Shown here: positions 25,496 to 37,352 of the stretch, in pieces
Layout of the letters: each line of letters starts with the position of its first letter
Numbering within the stretch: the stretch's first letter is position 1
Assembly (NCBI RefSeq): GCF_006345805.1
Contig: NC_043014.1
Location: forward strand, 47,616,001-47,680,000
Direction of reading: 5' to 3'
DNA: 64,000 nt
Source of the DNA: Octopus sinensis
Taxonomy: Eukaryota
Notes under the pieces: generated by a model
What the model was told of the DNA's origin: nothing
What the model saw: only the letters and a program-made list of their open reading frames with translations
Databases searched by the model: none
Program-made: the position numbers and the translations under genes

Positions 25496-25577
25496 TTTGA
25501 ACTCAGAACGTAACGGCAGACGAAATATGGCTACGTATTTCACCCAGCGTGCTAACGCTTCTGCCAGCTCGCCACCT
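25494..25577 (-). mobile_element. SINE family D head fragment
   Basis: Reverse complement of GGTGGCGAGCTGGCAG...GTTCTGAGTTCAAAT. Confidence 0.8.
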
Positions 25578-25725
25578 AATGGGAGCGAATCCTTGCCAAC
25601 TTATAGCACACGACGGGATCACCAGATCAAATGGTTTCAAGCTATTTGCGCCCATTGTCAGTGGTGAGCACCCTGCCACTAGAGACAGCAGTAATTCGCT
25701 CCTATCCACAATATATAGATATGGG

Positions 25726-26172
25726 GGATCTTTTCATTTTGAAGGCCAAATTTTCCTAGTTAACTAAACAATTTGAAACTTCGTATACTGGTAGAATGTG
25801 TCAAAAGAAAACATTATTGTAAACAAAATTGAAAACAAAATTGTAATTCGTAAATTAAACGTAGTTTAATTTTAAGAATTTTAACCAATGAAATCGCAGC
25901 ATTCGAGCTCAAATTATTTACCTCTTCTCTGTCTTCTACATGTGTTAGAAATAACAGCTATATCTCTTAAATCGATTAATTTCGTCGCCCAATAAAAATA
26001 TTAACGATATTTTTTGAATATTTTCTTTTATTTTTTTTTACCGAAAAGGCTTCTCCCATGGTTTTGAAGGGCCAGAAACAACAAAAACAAAACAATAATA
26101 TGCCTAAATAGGTCTCGAGTTTGCGCGTGAAGTGTGAGTAATATTGTAAAAATTTGCGACATGAAAAGATCC
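25726..26172. mobile_element. MITE with GGATCTTTTCAT termini, related to 41021-41487
   Basis: 12-bp TIR; shared internal AAACTTCGTA.ACTGGTAGAATGTGT. Confidence 0.55.
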
Positions 26173-26299
26173 GAGATGGGGTTAAGATAGGGAGCAACGG
26201 CGATCAGCCACAATAGTGTGGCGACAGACATCACTTCTACGTATATTTACTGCTTTCATCTCTCATAGAGATTTTATAAAAGCCTACTTTTCTCGTTAT

Positions 26300-26344
<45 letters not shown>

Positions 26345-26369
26345 CTGTGAGTGTGATTTCTGATATAAA

Positions 26370-26600
26370 GGCGGCGAGCTGGCAGAACTGTTAGCACGCC
26401 GGGCGAAATGCGTAGCAGTATTTCGTCTGCCGTTACGTTCTGGGTTCAAATTCCGCCGTGGTCGACTTTGCCTTTCATCCTTTCGGGGTCGATAAATTAA
26501 GTACCAGTTACGCACTGGGGTCGAAATAGTCGACTTAATCCGTTTGTCTGTCCTCGTTTGTCCCCTCTGTGTTTAGCCCCTTGTGGGTAGTAAAGAAATA
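26370..26600 (+). mobile_element. SINE family D monomer
   Basis: Full head and body. Confidence 0.9.
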
Positions 26601-27019
26601 TATATAAGATTTATAATCTTAGAAGTTCCTACAACACATTACATACAACTTAGGACCAAGTACATCTTCAGTCTTTGTGAGGTCTTACTACACTGAATTA
26701 CATGAACCCAAGAACCAACCGGTCGTGTCAAGCTGGAGTGTAAGTCATACAACTTTTAGTTGAACGTAACTACGCTTCATTATATACAGCTTTGTTTCAT
26801 GGAGGAGGAAAGATCTTCTTTAGTACTTGGTTGTACAATGCTTTCCAATGTGTGTAGTAGCGGCGCGCGCACACATTTTTAGCCATTTCAAAAGACTGTG
26901 GAATTTATAATCAACTGCACCAGGGTTCCTCTTCCCCAGGGAACCAGACTTAATGGTATACCTGTGGATGTAGGTCCAGCCCCTGCTTTGCTGGGTCCTG
27001 TCTCTGATCACGTTGCACC

Positions 27020-27192
27020 TACAAGGGCATCCAATGATACCAGAGGGCGCACACTCTCCAACTCTGATGTAATCTCCAGGGATACAGGCATCCAGCAACA
27101 GGAACTCCATAATGCTATGATGGACCGTGAAGTCTGGCATAACATAGTAAATTCCATTGTCTCGACCACGGTCGAACAATGATGATGATGAT
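27020..27192 (+). mobile_element. RTE-like LINE extreme 3' end
   Basis: TRGRTLSNSDVISRDTGIQQQELHNAMMDREVW...* followed by (GAT)n. Confidence 0.65.
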
Positions 27193-27500
27193 ATACAGAC
27201 ATACTGCCTGTTGAATTTTAGGTCTAAATATTTGATTTAAAGGTAGAGCGCTGATCAAAATGCTTTATAGCATCTACTGTAGCCCTGTTTTGGCCAATTG
27301 CTGTTTATTTAAACTCTGTATAAATAAAAAAAAATGTATTTGTTTTGTATAATTATAATTTGAAAATATTCAAGCACTCGAAAGCTTTTCGCATGCTTTA
27401 TTACCCGTTCCATTTGTCATTTTATTTTTATTTTTCTCCCATCAACCAAGCGTGACCGACAAGAAAATTGTGCTTTATTATATACACTTCACCGTCAATG

Positions 27501-27537
27501 CGGAAGTAAAATGTTTTTACAGAAGTCTTTCACTTTT
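27501..27537. promoter_or_regulatory. ETS-like (CGGAAGT) and IRF-E-like (TTTCACTTTT) motifs upstream of gene 1
   Basis: Consensus match only; about 420 bp upstream of ATG 27950. Confidence 0.3.
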
Positions 27538-27949
27538 ACTCATTTAGTTGGTGACATTAACGGGCGTTGTTATTATTTTCTGAGATTCCCAAAACAGTTT
27601 TTATTATTTCTTAATTATTTTACTTCTTCAATCTCGACTATTTTACTTTATTAATCCCTTCACAACTTCCAGCATTCCAATATGACCTGGTTTCCAGAGA
27701 GGAACACTTGCACAAAAAGTGACACTCTCTCCGTATATAATATTCGTTGCCATATATTTACCCTTCTGAGAAGCTTGGATAGAGATTGGATATAGATATT
27801 GACTGTTATTATTCATTATATCATTTCTACAAATTGACCTTTCTTCATTGCACGAATACAACAGAAAGCATAATTTCACAAAAAGAAAACGTACAAATTT
27901 TGTTGTCCAAAGAAAATTTGCCTTTTTATATACACACAGCTATAAAGGA

Positions 27950-28000
27950 ATGGCTGAAGAAATGCAGAAAATAACTGGGAAAATGCAGGAAATTCTACTG
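27950..28000 (+). CDS. IFIT/TTC22-like TPR gene 1, first coding exon (MAEEMQKITGKMQEILL)
   Basis: ATG in good Kozak context; 17 codons; GTGAGT donor at 28001 in phase 0, matching the acceptor at 31093; paralogous exon at 38492-38542. Confidence 0.8.
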
Positions 28001-28602
28001 GTGAGTATATCAATATATACACTCGCATGAACAAATGTATACTAATACCTATTCTTGCAGAATGTGTGCGTACATGTATGCTAATTCATTTTCCTTATAG
28101 AGAGATCGTATAGATAAACACCAAGAGAAGAAGGACTGGATTTAACACCAATCTTTTATTTACAGGAAGTCAAAATATATACAATTAATTTATCACAACA
28201 TAATAGTGATAGGGAAAATTGCAGCACTTATCATAAAGAGCAAAAACATTTTTTAAAAAGAATCTGTCGCGAGAATGACGACAGGAAAAATTCCTTAACT
28301 AGTTCTTCAAAACTACTCTAAGAAGGTTGAGAAAAGCATGACATAAGGTCATGAACAATGCAAAATAGCATTGCCAGAATGAGTGATGAAGTTCCAAGTG
28401 GCAAACTAAGTATCCCTGAATAATTTCCCCAAAATCAGGGCTTTTATAAATGCCGTAAACCTGATTCTAAGAACCTTTCTTCATGGAAAAGAAACTTTTC
28501 ACGAAGATTAGAATCGCGGCCAAGGAAAAAGTGTAAGACAAACAAAAGACAGCCGACATGATTATGACTTCATGTTGCTGCTAAAGTCTTATAACTGCTA
28601 CA

Positions 28603-28995
28603 ACAGCAGTATAACCCGGCTTTGCTCGGGTTTGTTTCAACCCTTTAGAATTGGAATTCTTGAAAAGTAAAAATTTTGCATTATGTAGCTTGTTATTATC
28701 TTTAAGTGAACATTTTTCTGGTTGAAATACACCAAAAAATGGCGACACAGCTGTCAAAAAAATCGTAAAAAATAGGGATTTTCATAGAAAAAAATCACCT
28801 TTTTGATGTAAATAATTTTTGGTGTTAACATGGTCCGATTTGAATTTTTTCTTCTACGGAAGGAAGAGCAAGCCTTCTTCTATCATACTCTTAATTTTGG
28901 TCAACTTGCGCCACAGGGTCTTGGAGGAGATAGTGTTAGTTGAAGACTACCAAACCTGCCATACACAGACAACTTCAGCTTTATATAGACAGAGA
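28603..28995 (-). mobile_element. Helitron-like element, second family
   Basis: Same terminal hairpin CCCGGC.TTGCTCGGG and TATATA-rich opposite end; different interior. Confidence 0.6.
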
Positions 28996-29221
28996 TTAAT
29001 TGTACAGAAATATATAATTTCGCTGCTTTTCGGAGACACACACACACACACACATGTATGTATATATGAATATGTATAAATGTGTGGGTGCGAGTGTATG
29101 TGTGTGTGTATATGTGTGTGTTATATACTTATAGGCGTAGTTGTGCGGTAAAAAGGTTGTTTCTCAACCCTGTGCTACTGGGTTTGGTTTCAATGTGCAG
29201 CGATTTCAGTTTCCACCAATA

Positions 29222-30455
29222 CAGGGGTTGGACAAAATAATGGAAACACCTTAACGTTTCAAACAAATTTATTTTAATATGGCAGTAATTTTGATATTTG
29301 GCAGTAATTACAACTTGAATTCTATGAGATATGGACTTGTACAAAGTTTGAATTGTTTCCAAAGGAATTTTTGTTCAAACAGTCTCCAGTTCTTGTAGTG
29401 ATGATAGTGGAGGATATCGGCTCCTTCCTTATTTTTCTAAAATGCACAATAAGTGTTCTATAATATTGAGACCTGGGGACTGTGGTGGCCATATAAGATG
29501 TTCAACCTCACTAAAATGTTCCTCATACCATTCAGTAACAACTTTAGCTGAGTGAATTGGTGCATTATCATTCTGAAAGATTGCATTTCGCTCCGGAAAC
29601 AGTTCTGCAACCATTGGATGAATTTGATCAGATAAAATGCTTCAATAATCTTGACTATTAATTCTGCCATGAAGGAAAATCATTGGGCCAGCGGATTTCC
29701 AAGATATAGCCCCCAAAGCTCATCATTGCAGATCCTCTTCCATGTTTAATAAAAGAAAGCAGTCTGGGTCAAATGCTTCATTTGGCTGACTCCACAAGTA
29801 CACTCGGTGGTCGGAAATAGGGTAAAAGATGACTCGTCTGAGAAAATAACTTTCTTCCACTGCTCTAGAGACCAATTCTGTAGATTTTTACTCCACTCTA
29901 AACAGTTTGCAACATTTGTTTTTGAAGGTAGTGGTTTTCTGATTGCAGCCCTCCCTTTGTGTAGCTCCCAGCGAACTGTTTTTGTGGAAACTGGGTTCTC
30001 AAGGTGGTCATTAAGCTCTGCAGTAATTTTGGGAGCTGTACTTTTGTGATCCTTTCACATAAGAGTCCGACGGTCCCTATCTAAAAATTTTGGCTTTCTT
30101 CTGGAGTTTTGTTTCGCCGAGGAGGTTTTTCCCTCTTTCTCAAAGATTGTTATTACTTTCGAGACAGTACTTCTTGATACACCAAACATTTCGGCTGTTC
30201 TCGTTACGCTAGCGCCTGCGATACGAGCACCAACATTTTGACCTTTTTGAAAGTCCGATAAATCTGTCATTTTAATGAATTTTAATTACCTTATTTTGAT
30301 GATATCTGAAAAGAAAAAGCAATTTTAGCAAAACATATTAAGCAACACTAATAATAAATAAAAAAACCTAAAAATAGACAAGCTTTTGACAGCTTTATAG
30401 ATATTTCAAAATTATGATGTGATGATGCTAGGTGTTTCCATTATTTTGCGCCTGT
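29222..30455 (-). mobile_element. Near full-length Tc1-like transposon with a disrupted DD36E-spaced transposase
   Basis: TIR CAGGGGTTGGACAAAATAATGGAAACACC, partial at the right end; MTDLSDFQKGQ..., FSDESSF, QNDNAPIH...WPPQSPGLNIIE; frameshifts. Confidence 0.9.
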
Positions 30456-30477
30456 GTGTGAGTGTTATATTATATTA

Positions 30478-30784
30478 CTAGCAGTATCGCCCGGCGTTGC
30501 TCGGGTTTGTAAGGGAAATAACTATATAAGCATTTTTAGAGAGTTACTTCCCTTATATAACCCGAGCAAAAATCCTTAAAAATGCGGAAAAATTATGGTA
30601 ATTTTTTTTTTAAATCGTAGACTCATCGTAGACACGCGCTAATACCCAGAAGGGCTTGATATGAATGACGACTATAAGATACCCGCTTTTGGTTAAACTG
30701 CACCGCAAAATGTGTGAGTAGTTAGGAATCTAAATCGGAGTAGACAGACACACATACACAGAACTTTAGTTTTATATATAAAGA
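30478..30784 (-). mobile_element. Non-autonomous Helitron-like element, short subfamily
   Basis: A|TC...CTAG|T on the minus strand with terminal hairpin. Confidence 0.85.
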
Positions 30785-31093
30785 TAATACAGCCTGTCAA
30801 TCTTGTTGTTGTTGTTGTTGTTGATGATGATGTTGATGATGATGATGCATTTATCACTCTGTCAAACACACCTCTTACCTTGTTCTCTCACTTATTTACG
30901 CTCACTTTTCTGTGCGCATATTAAAAACATCAAACATTCGGTTTCAAAATACTCAGCCACTACATCAACCGAATCAGACTAGGAAAGTTTAGCATTGTTT
31001 CATTAACTAAAAATCGAAAATTGGAGAATATTTTTTGTCTATGATAATGTGTGATATCATATTTCATACGCAATCATTTTGTTTTTATTTCAG

Positions 31094-32581
31094 GATGAGA
31101 AACGTAAAATCAAATTGTACAGGGAAAGAATTAAAAGATTTCCAAGTATAATGGAAGAATGTGTTGAGAAAACCGAAGAAGTTTGGTCGCCTCTCTACAA
31201 AAAAGTAGAAAATACATTGAATGATGATATCTTATTTGGTTTAGAAGATGAGATTCGTCAAAAGAATGTCCTAGTATATATTCTGTGGCAGATGAAAGAT
31301 AAATTTTCAGCTGAAAAATTAGCCAATGAAATTCAAGAAAAGAAGCCAGATAACCTGGTGGCATTAACCAACCTTGCATTCATTCATTTGTATAATAGAA
31401 ATATCCCTGAGGTAAGAAACCTTTTGGATAATCTAAGCAAGCTTGAAGAAAGAGAAAATTTCTTGCTGATAGAAGCAGAAGGCAAAAGAAATGTTGCTTA
31501 TTGTTTAGCTACTATATCTTTTAAAGATCATGAAAGAGCTGTCGAACTTTACAAAGAGTCTCTCAACGTTTGTCCAGACGATTATCTGTGTATGTTTTCT
31601 ATTGCTTTGTTGCAATATCGTTGTTTAAGAAAGACCATGGATAAAGAGAAAATGCGTGAAAATATTAAGGAATCAATACAGTACTTAGAGAAAATACGAT
31701 GTGCTTTTCCACACCATATTGACAAGGCCCTAATGGGAAGAACATTAGCATTGATAGGTTTGTTTAAAATTAGTCCTTGGAATTTTCGTAGTCAACCAGC
31801 TGAAGAGTATTTTCAGAGAGCTCTTCATATTTCCCCTGATGACCCCTATGTTTTGCAGAAAAGTGCCAATAATTATATACGTTCATATCAGCTTGAACAA
31901 GGAAGAAAATTGCTTGAAAAAGCAATTGAAATAAAGGCAACATCATATTCTCATCATCAGCTTGGATTACTCTATCTAAGAATGAATACACCAAAATATA
32001 CATATGTCCCAATGAACAAACAATTCTCAGAAGAAACGAATTTATTTGCGAAAGTTTTAAAACATGCTCAAAGTATTCCTCATATAGAAAGGAATGAGTT
32101 AATCAACAAAGCTGAATATCACTTTCAACAAGCTCTTGAACTTTCTCCAGAAAATTCAGCTGCTCTATATGATATCATTTTATTATATATGTCTTTGAAA
32201 GAATATGACAATGCCAGGAAGTATAGTGAAAGATTTAAAGCAGATATCAAAATGCAAGATGTTAATTTTAACATTTTGTTTGGAAGATTATGTCTTAAAG
32301 AAGCAGATGTAAAAAATGATGAAGAAGAAAAAGATCAATTAAGACGTACAGGAATAGATAGGTTTGTTCTGGCTCTTAAATCTGCTGTAGAATTTCTTCC
32401 TTTCGACAAAGACCTGATAGAAATTTGGGAGATAAAGGAAATAATACTTGATTTATATGAGTATGGAAATGGAAATGGAAATACTGAATACAAAAAGTTT
32501 GTTTTGGAATTCATTCACTCAGTAGAAGACCTTGCAAATGATAAAGAGCTCCAAAATATACTTCACAAGAGTGAATTATAA
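31094..32581 (+). CDS. IFIT/TTC22-like TPR gene 1, large second exon (495 aa; ~512 aa total)
   Basis: Open frame after acceptor TTTTTATTTCAG; TPR-like helices; motifs PDNLVALTNLAFIH, PYVLQKSANNY, SHHQLGLLY and KAEYHFQQALE resemble IFIT. Confidence 0.9.
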   Translation, partial: DEKRKIKLYRERIKRFPSIMEECVEKTEEVWSPLYKKVENTLNDDILFGLEDEIRQKNVLVYILWQMKDKFSAEKLANEIQEKKPDNLVALTNLAFIHLYNRNIPEVRNLLDNLSKLEERENFLLIEAEGKRNVAYCLATISFKDHERAVELYKESLNVCPDDYLCMFSIALLQYRCLRKTMDKEKMRENIKESIQYLEKIRCAFPHHIDKALMGRTLALIGLFKISPWNFRSQPAEEYFQRALHISPDDPYVLQKSANNYIRSYQLEQGRKLLEKAIEIKATSYSHHQLGLLYLRMNTPKYTYVPMNKQFSEETNLFAKVLKHAQSIPHIERNELINKAEYHFQQALELSPENSAALYDIILLYMSLKEYDNARKYSERFKADIKMQDVNFNILFGRLCLKEADVKNDEEEKDQLRRTGIDRFVLALKSAVEFLPFDKDLIEIWEIKEIILDLYEYGNGNGNTEYKKFVLEFIHSVEDLANDKELQNILHKSEL

Positions 32582-32734
32582 AAGATAAATTGTGTTCATA
32601 AGTATACTAATGATTAGTGGGCGCGTGATATTTGGTTATAAAAACATAATATACAATGAATTATGTTGTTTTCTATTCTGGGAACAAGGTCCGAAACTTT
32701 GTGGGAGGGAACCAGCCGATTAGATCGATCCCAG

Positions 32735-33008
32735 TATGAAAGCACTAAAGAACTGAATGGCATATTTGGCCCTTGTAAATTGTTTGCCTCTTTTCTGGGA
32801 CACAAGCAAATAACTGAGGCAGCAAAGTCTTTCAACAGGGTAGCCATACGTGGAAGAGTTGTAACTTTCAGTTAAAGGGGCATAAAAGAAATCGATGTAA
32901 TAAACATCACAGAGAAAATACGTATAAACTTATCATCAGACCCTCGTTAATTCCCTGCACTTCCCATAAAAACATGTAAACATTCCACTAACCAAACGAC
33001 ATTAGTTA
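32735..33008 (+). repeat. 3' flank block shared with gene 2 (54262-54533); possible 3' UTR
   Basis: About 95% identical by eye; preceded by a minus-strand SINE fragment at ~32650-32735. Confidence 0.85.
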
Positions 33009-34721
33009 CTTATTAAAACCTTCTGGCAAACATTAATTCCTCATTAGCAAGGAAGAGCCAGAATATACCCTAGCTATAAAGAAGATGCAGAACAAATTTG
33101 TTTGGCAGTTTCATATATTAAGTTTATCTTTGTACTCATCTTAATGTGTATTTTATTTTATTTATCTATTTATCTATACATTGATATATTTATATATATA
33201 CTTCCATTTATTTATTTTTATTTATTTTTATTTCTATTTGTATTTGTATTTTTATTCATTTATTTATTCATTCTTTGTTTTCTTTTCTATTTTTTTCATT
33301 TATTAATTTATAATTAATCTAATTTATAATTAATTTACTTATATTTTAATTAATAGTAATGTCTGTCCGTTTACTTACTGTGTATGTATGTATACGTCCT
33401 TTGATGGGCAGACATATATTTTGTAATTTAGTTAATATACGTAGATTTGACGAAATGTGTTCATAAGTATATGTATGTGTATGTATGTTTTCTGTATGTA
33501 TAAGTATGTTCATAGATGGATATATATGTATATGTTTTTATTATACATAGGAGTACGCAAGTACGTATTTAAATATGTATATATGTAAGTGCGAAGATTT
33601 GCAGACGTAGTACAAGAGAGTGTCGTAATTTGTTCATATGTATATGTATGTGTATGTATGTTTTAGTATGTATATGTGTATTCGTGGGTGGATATATATA
33701 TATATGTTTTTATTATATGTGTGAGTGCGCAGATATATATTTAAATATGTATATATATATATATGCGAATGTTTGCAGACACAGGGTATGTGAGTATAAA
33801 CGTTTATAGATATGTGCGGATGTGCGTGTGAGTATGTGTGTGAGTGTATAAACATTACTTTAGCTGTCCCGGCCTGTGCTGATTATCTATACGCCAGTTG
33901 ATGACAGACATATATATTTTGTAACTGAGTAAATATATGTGGATATGTCGAAATGTACTCATATGTATATATATATGTGTGTGTGTATGCGTGTGTATAA
34001 ATGTTGGTATAGTTTTTTTTTTTTTTTTCCAACAAACCAACCGTAAAGAAGACAATGGTAATTTAAATTCAAATCCATAAGCCAATCATAGTTTAGCGAT
34101 AGATTCGTATCTATTTCTGAAAGTAATAGTGTATGTCTGTCACATTGGAAATTATAAATCTGAACTCAGAATTACATATGTGCACCGGTGGATCTTAATG
34201 TTGTGTTGACGGAATGCTTTTGTTTCATATTTCGCATGTATATACAGATATTTAACACTTCACATGGTATTGTAGTACTATTGTAACTATATTGCTAATA
34301 ATGGAATCTATATATTGTTTTTCTAGTATTAGCGTTGTCAATAATAATACGAATGATGATATTGGTAGCATTAGTGGTAATGACAATGATAATGATGCTA
34401 ACATTAATGACATTTTGGAAATTGTTACGAATTAATATAATGTACTCTTGACTCTGTATATCTGCATTTAGGTATTAATATGTGTACGTTTTTCTACTTT
34501 GTAATTATCACAATATTAAGCTGAAAAACTGTAACGTTGGATGTGGAACATATATATGTTTATTGATCTATATTATTTACATTATTTATATCATTATGTA
34601 TATGTATATTTATATGTATAGGAGTGTGAGTATATGCACTCATATGTATATGTATATGTTTTATTATGGGTATGTACCCACACCTATATAAATGTGTATT
34701 TAATCTGATTTGTATCACATA

Positions 34722-34811
34722 ATCTCCGAAGAGGCCTTAGGATATTTTTGTAAATGTCTCATTTATAACTACGAGACATACTTATCTGCATGGCCGAAAC
34801 AGCTGTAAGAT
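34722..34811 (+). ncRNA. Type I hammerhead motif, CCGAAGA core variant
   Basis: ATCT-CCGAAGA-GGCC-[loop containing ATGTCTC/GAGACAT hairpin]-GGCC-GAAAC-AGCT-GTA-AGAT. Confidence 0.7.
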
Positions 34812-35319
34812 GTAGTCTATATCTATACTTATATTTACTTATTTTTATATTATCTTATACATATTGTACTTACTGTATAACATTACTCCTTTATGTATAC
34901 TATGTTGTTCTACTTTATTATGTTTGTCCTTACAGTTTCTTATGTGGTGGTTTAATAAAGTATGTGATTGAGTATTATCTGGTAATCGATATTTTATTTA
35001 GATGTATTTCTCCATTTTCTTATTTTGTATTATGAACTTGGGATAAAAAAATTTTACCTTTGCCCATATAATACAGTAAGTGAATTAATTGCATCGCAAT
35101 TATTAACATTTATGTATTAACTTTGTTGGGTACTTAACTAGCGGTAAATTGGATATATGTTATCCCATGGAGGGTTGCATTTACAACGCCTATCTCAATT
35201 TGTATATATATATATATATATATATATAATAACACCAGCAGATCACATATATATATATATACATATACACATATATAAATATACATATATATATATATAA
35301 TATATATATATATAATTTT

Positions 35320-35470
35320 AATCCAAACGGGAAAACAAAAAAACAACAACAATGGAACAATTACAGTATTATTATTAATAGGCGCTCAGGAAATGGAAGC
35401 AGGAAGGTATGACGTTTCGAGCGGAGCTCTTCGTCGGAAACATAAAGAAGGAAGAGAGGGGAAAGAAAGA
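35320..35470 (-). mobile_element. Penelope-like terminal-repeat fragment with a minimal hammerhead (35406-35441)
   Basis: Minus strand GTTT-CCGACGA-A-GAGC-TCC-GCTC-GAAAC-GTC-ATAC; embedded in (TA)n. Confidence 0.7.
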
Positions 35471-35508
35471 TCCCATATATATATATAATATATATATATT
35501 ATATATAT

Positions 35509-35550
<42 letters not shown>

Positions 35551-35551
35551 G

Positions 35552-35651
<100 letters not shown>

Positions 35652-36317
35652 ACTGCTAACTGCACTCATAAACACGGATGTATGCGCACTGATCTACATG
35701 TACGCGTGTGCGCCCATATACACCCATGCGTGCTCATGTATGTGCACGTGCACACATGTGTGCTCACACGCGTATGCATGTGCTCGTATGTACATGGACA
35801 TGGAGAAAAAAGTGTTCACGTGCGTGTGTGTGTATGTGTGTGCGTGCGTGTGCATGCGTGCATTCGTATGTGTGTGTGTGTGTATGTATGCGCGCGTGTG
35901 GCTGTGCGAATGTACATCTAGACGCACATGCACAAACGTATACGTACGGATTCATACACGCAGATATATGGGCATATACATGTATACATATATACTCCCA
36001 CATGTGCCGCCCCTTCCCATTTCCCCCAACCATGCAACCGCTTTCCTGTCCATCACACAATCGATTTCCTCTTCACCATGAGGTGTTTTCCAAGTAATTG
36101 TTATCGCTGAAATACCAACATCAAACTGCGGCACCGCGTTACCTTTCTCGACCAGTCACAGACTCACGTCCAATAGAAAATATTTATTCACTTCAATTGA
36201 ATTCTCATTCAGACTCAATGACAGAAGACAAGCAACATGCTTGAAACTGCCTTGATCCATAAATGTAACTAACAGTGAATGTGTTGAGCGCCCTTCTTCC
36301 GCCTGTCTACATACACG

Positions 36318-36369
<52 letters not shown>

Positions 36370-36373
<4 letters not shown>

Positions 36374-37352
36374 GTGGATGCTTAGTGAAATTCTCTCTCT
36401 CTCTCTCGCTCTCTGTTATATATAACATAAGTACAGACATAGCAGATAACAGCTAGCCTTCGGCCACTTGGACCCTGTTGTGTCTACTACTCTGATTGGT
36501 TGGTATTGGCGCAGTTTGTCTCTTGCTCTATTACGCACCAGTGTGCAACCCAGCCAATCTCAGCCTTCTGATATGGTCCCATGATACAGTCTTCTAAATC
36601 TCCATTGGACCCTACTGGTCCCTATAAAAAAACTAGTTTTCAACACCGTATTTCATCTTTGGTTCGAGACCTTCTGAGGTCTAACCACTGACCACAGAGC
36701 ACACATCCAGTTCCAGCGACAGACAACACCAGCAGATCACATGGAGACTGAAATTCGTCCAGCAGCATCAGGACCTCCATCTCTGTCGCCTCCATCTTCT
36801 TAGCGTCGCCAACCACATCTATACGTACACAGCAACCGCAGCCAGGATTCTATCTTCTCACTGTTCGTGAATTACTTCACCATGGTTAACAGCAAATACA
36901 ACCTGCGAGATCCTCCTGTAACAAGTAACCGACTCTGCATTGTAGCCACCACTTCCACGTGCCTAACTGGCTCTGCATTGTAGTCACAACTTCTTGTTAC
37001 AGCTCTTCAACTATTGTGTACCTTACTATGAACTGGTATTTATCTTGTAAGAACATTCTTCTAGCATCCTATTATAAACTCTTTCTACACTGTATTTTAT
37101 CTCACAAGCATACACCCTTGTTTGCACACACATACACATTATGTATGCATCACGGCCTGTCTATTGTTATAATTATATATGTAGTTATGACGAACACACA
37201 GACACGCACATGTTAACACCTAAATAAAATCTTTCTCTTAAACATTCTACGGTTGTGTCGTCTTTCTTTTCCTACTGGTACTTTTACTCATTTATCCTTT
37301 TTGCTTTTATTGTAAAGCGACCGTGTGGTATATTAAAGGAGTCGTTCTTACA
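36370..37352 (+). mobile_element. Probable solo LTR (Gypsy-like)
   Basis: TGT...ACA ends; CCAAT boxes; TATAAAA at ~36624; AATAAA at ~37222; flanks TGTG/TGTA; no PBS or internal domain follows. Confidence 0.5.

Noticed and set aside
31079-31093. TTG start of the 500-aa ORF (and the equivalent at 51925)
   Set aside because: This is the polypyrimidine tract and AG acceptor; the real start is the upstream exon
31131-32012. Antisense ORFs conserved in both paralogs
   Set aside because: Shadows of the sense CDS
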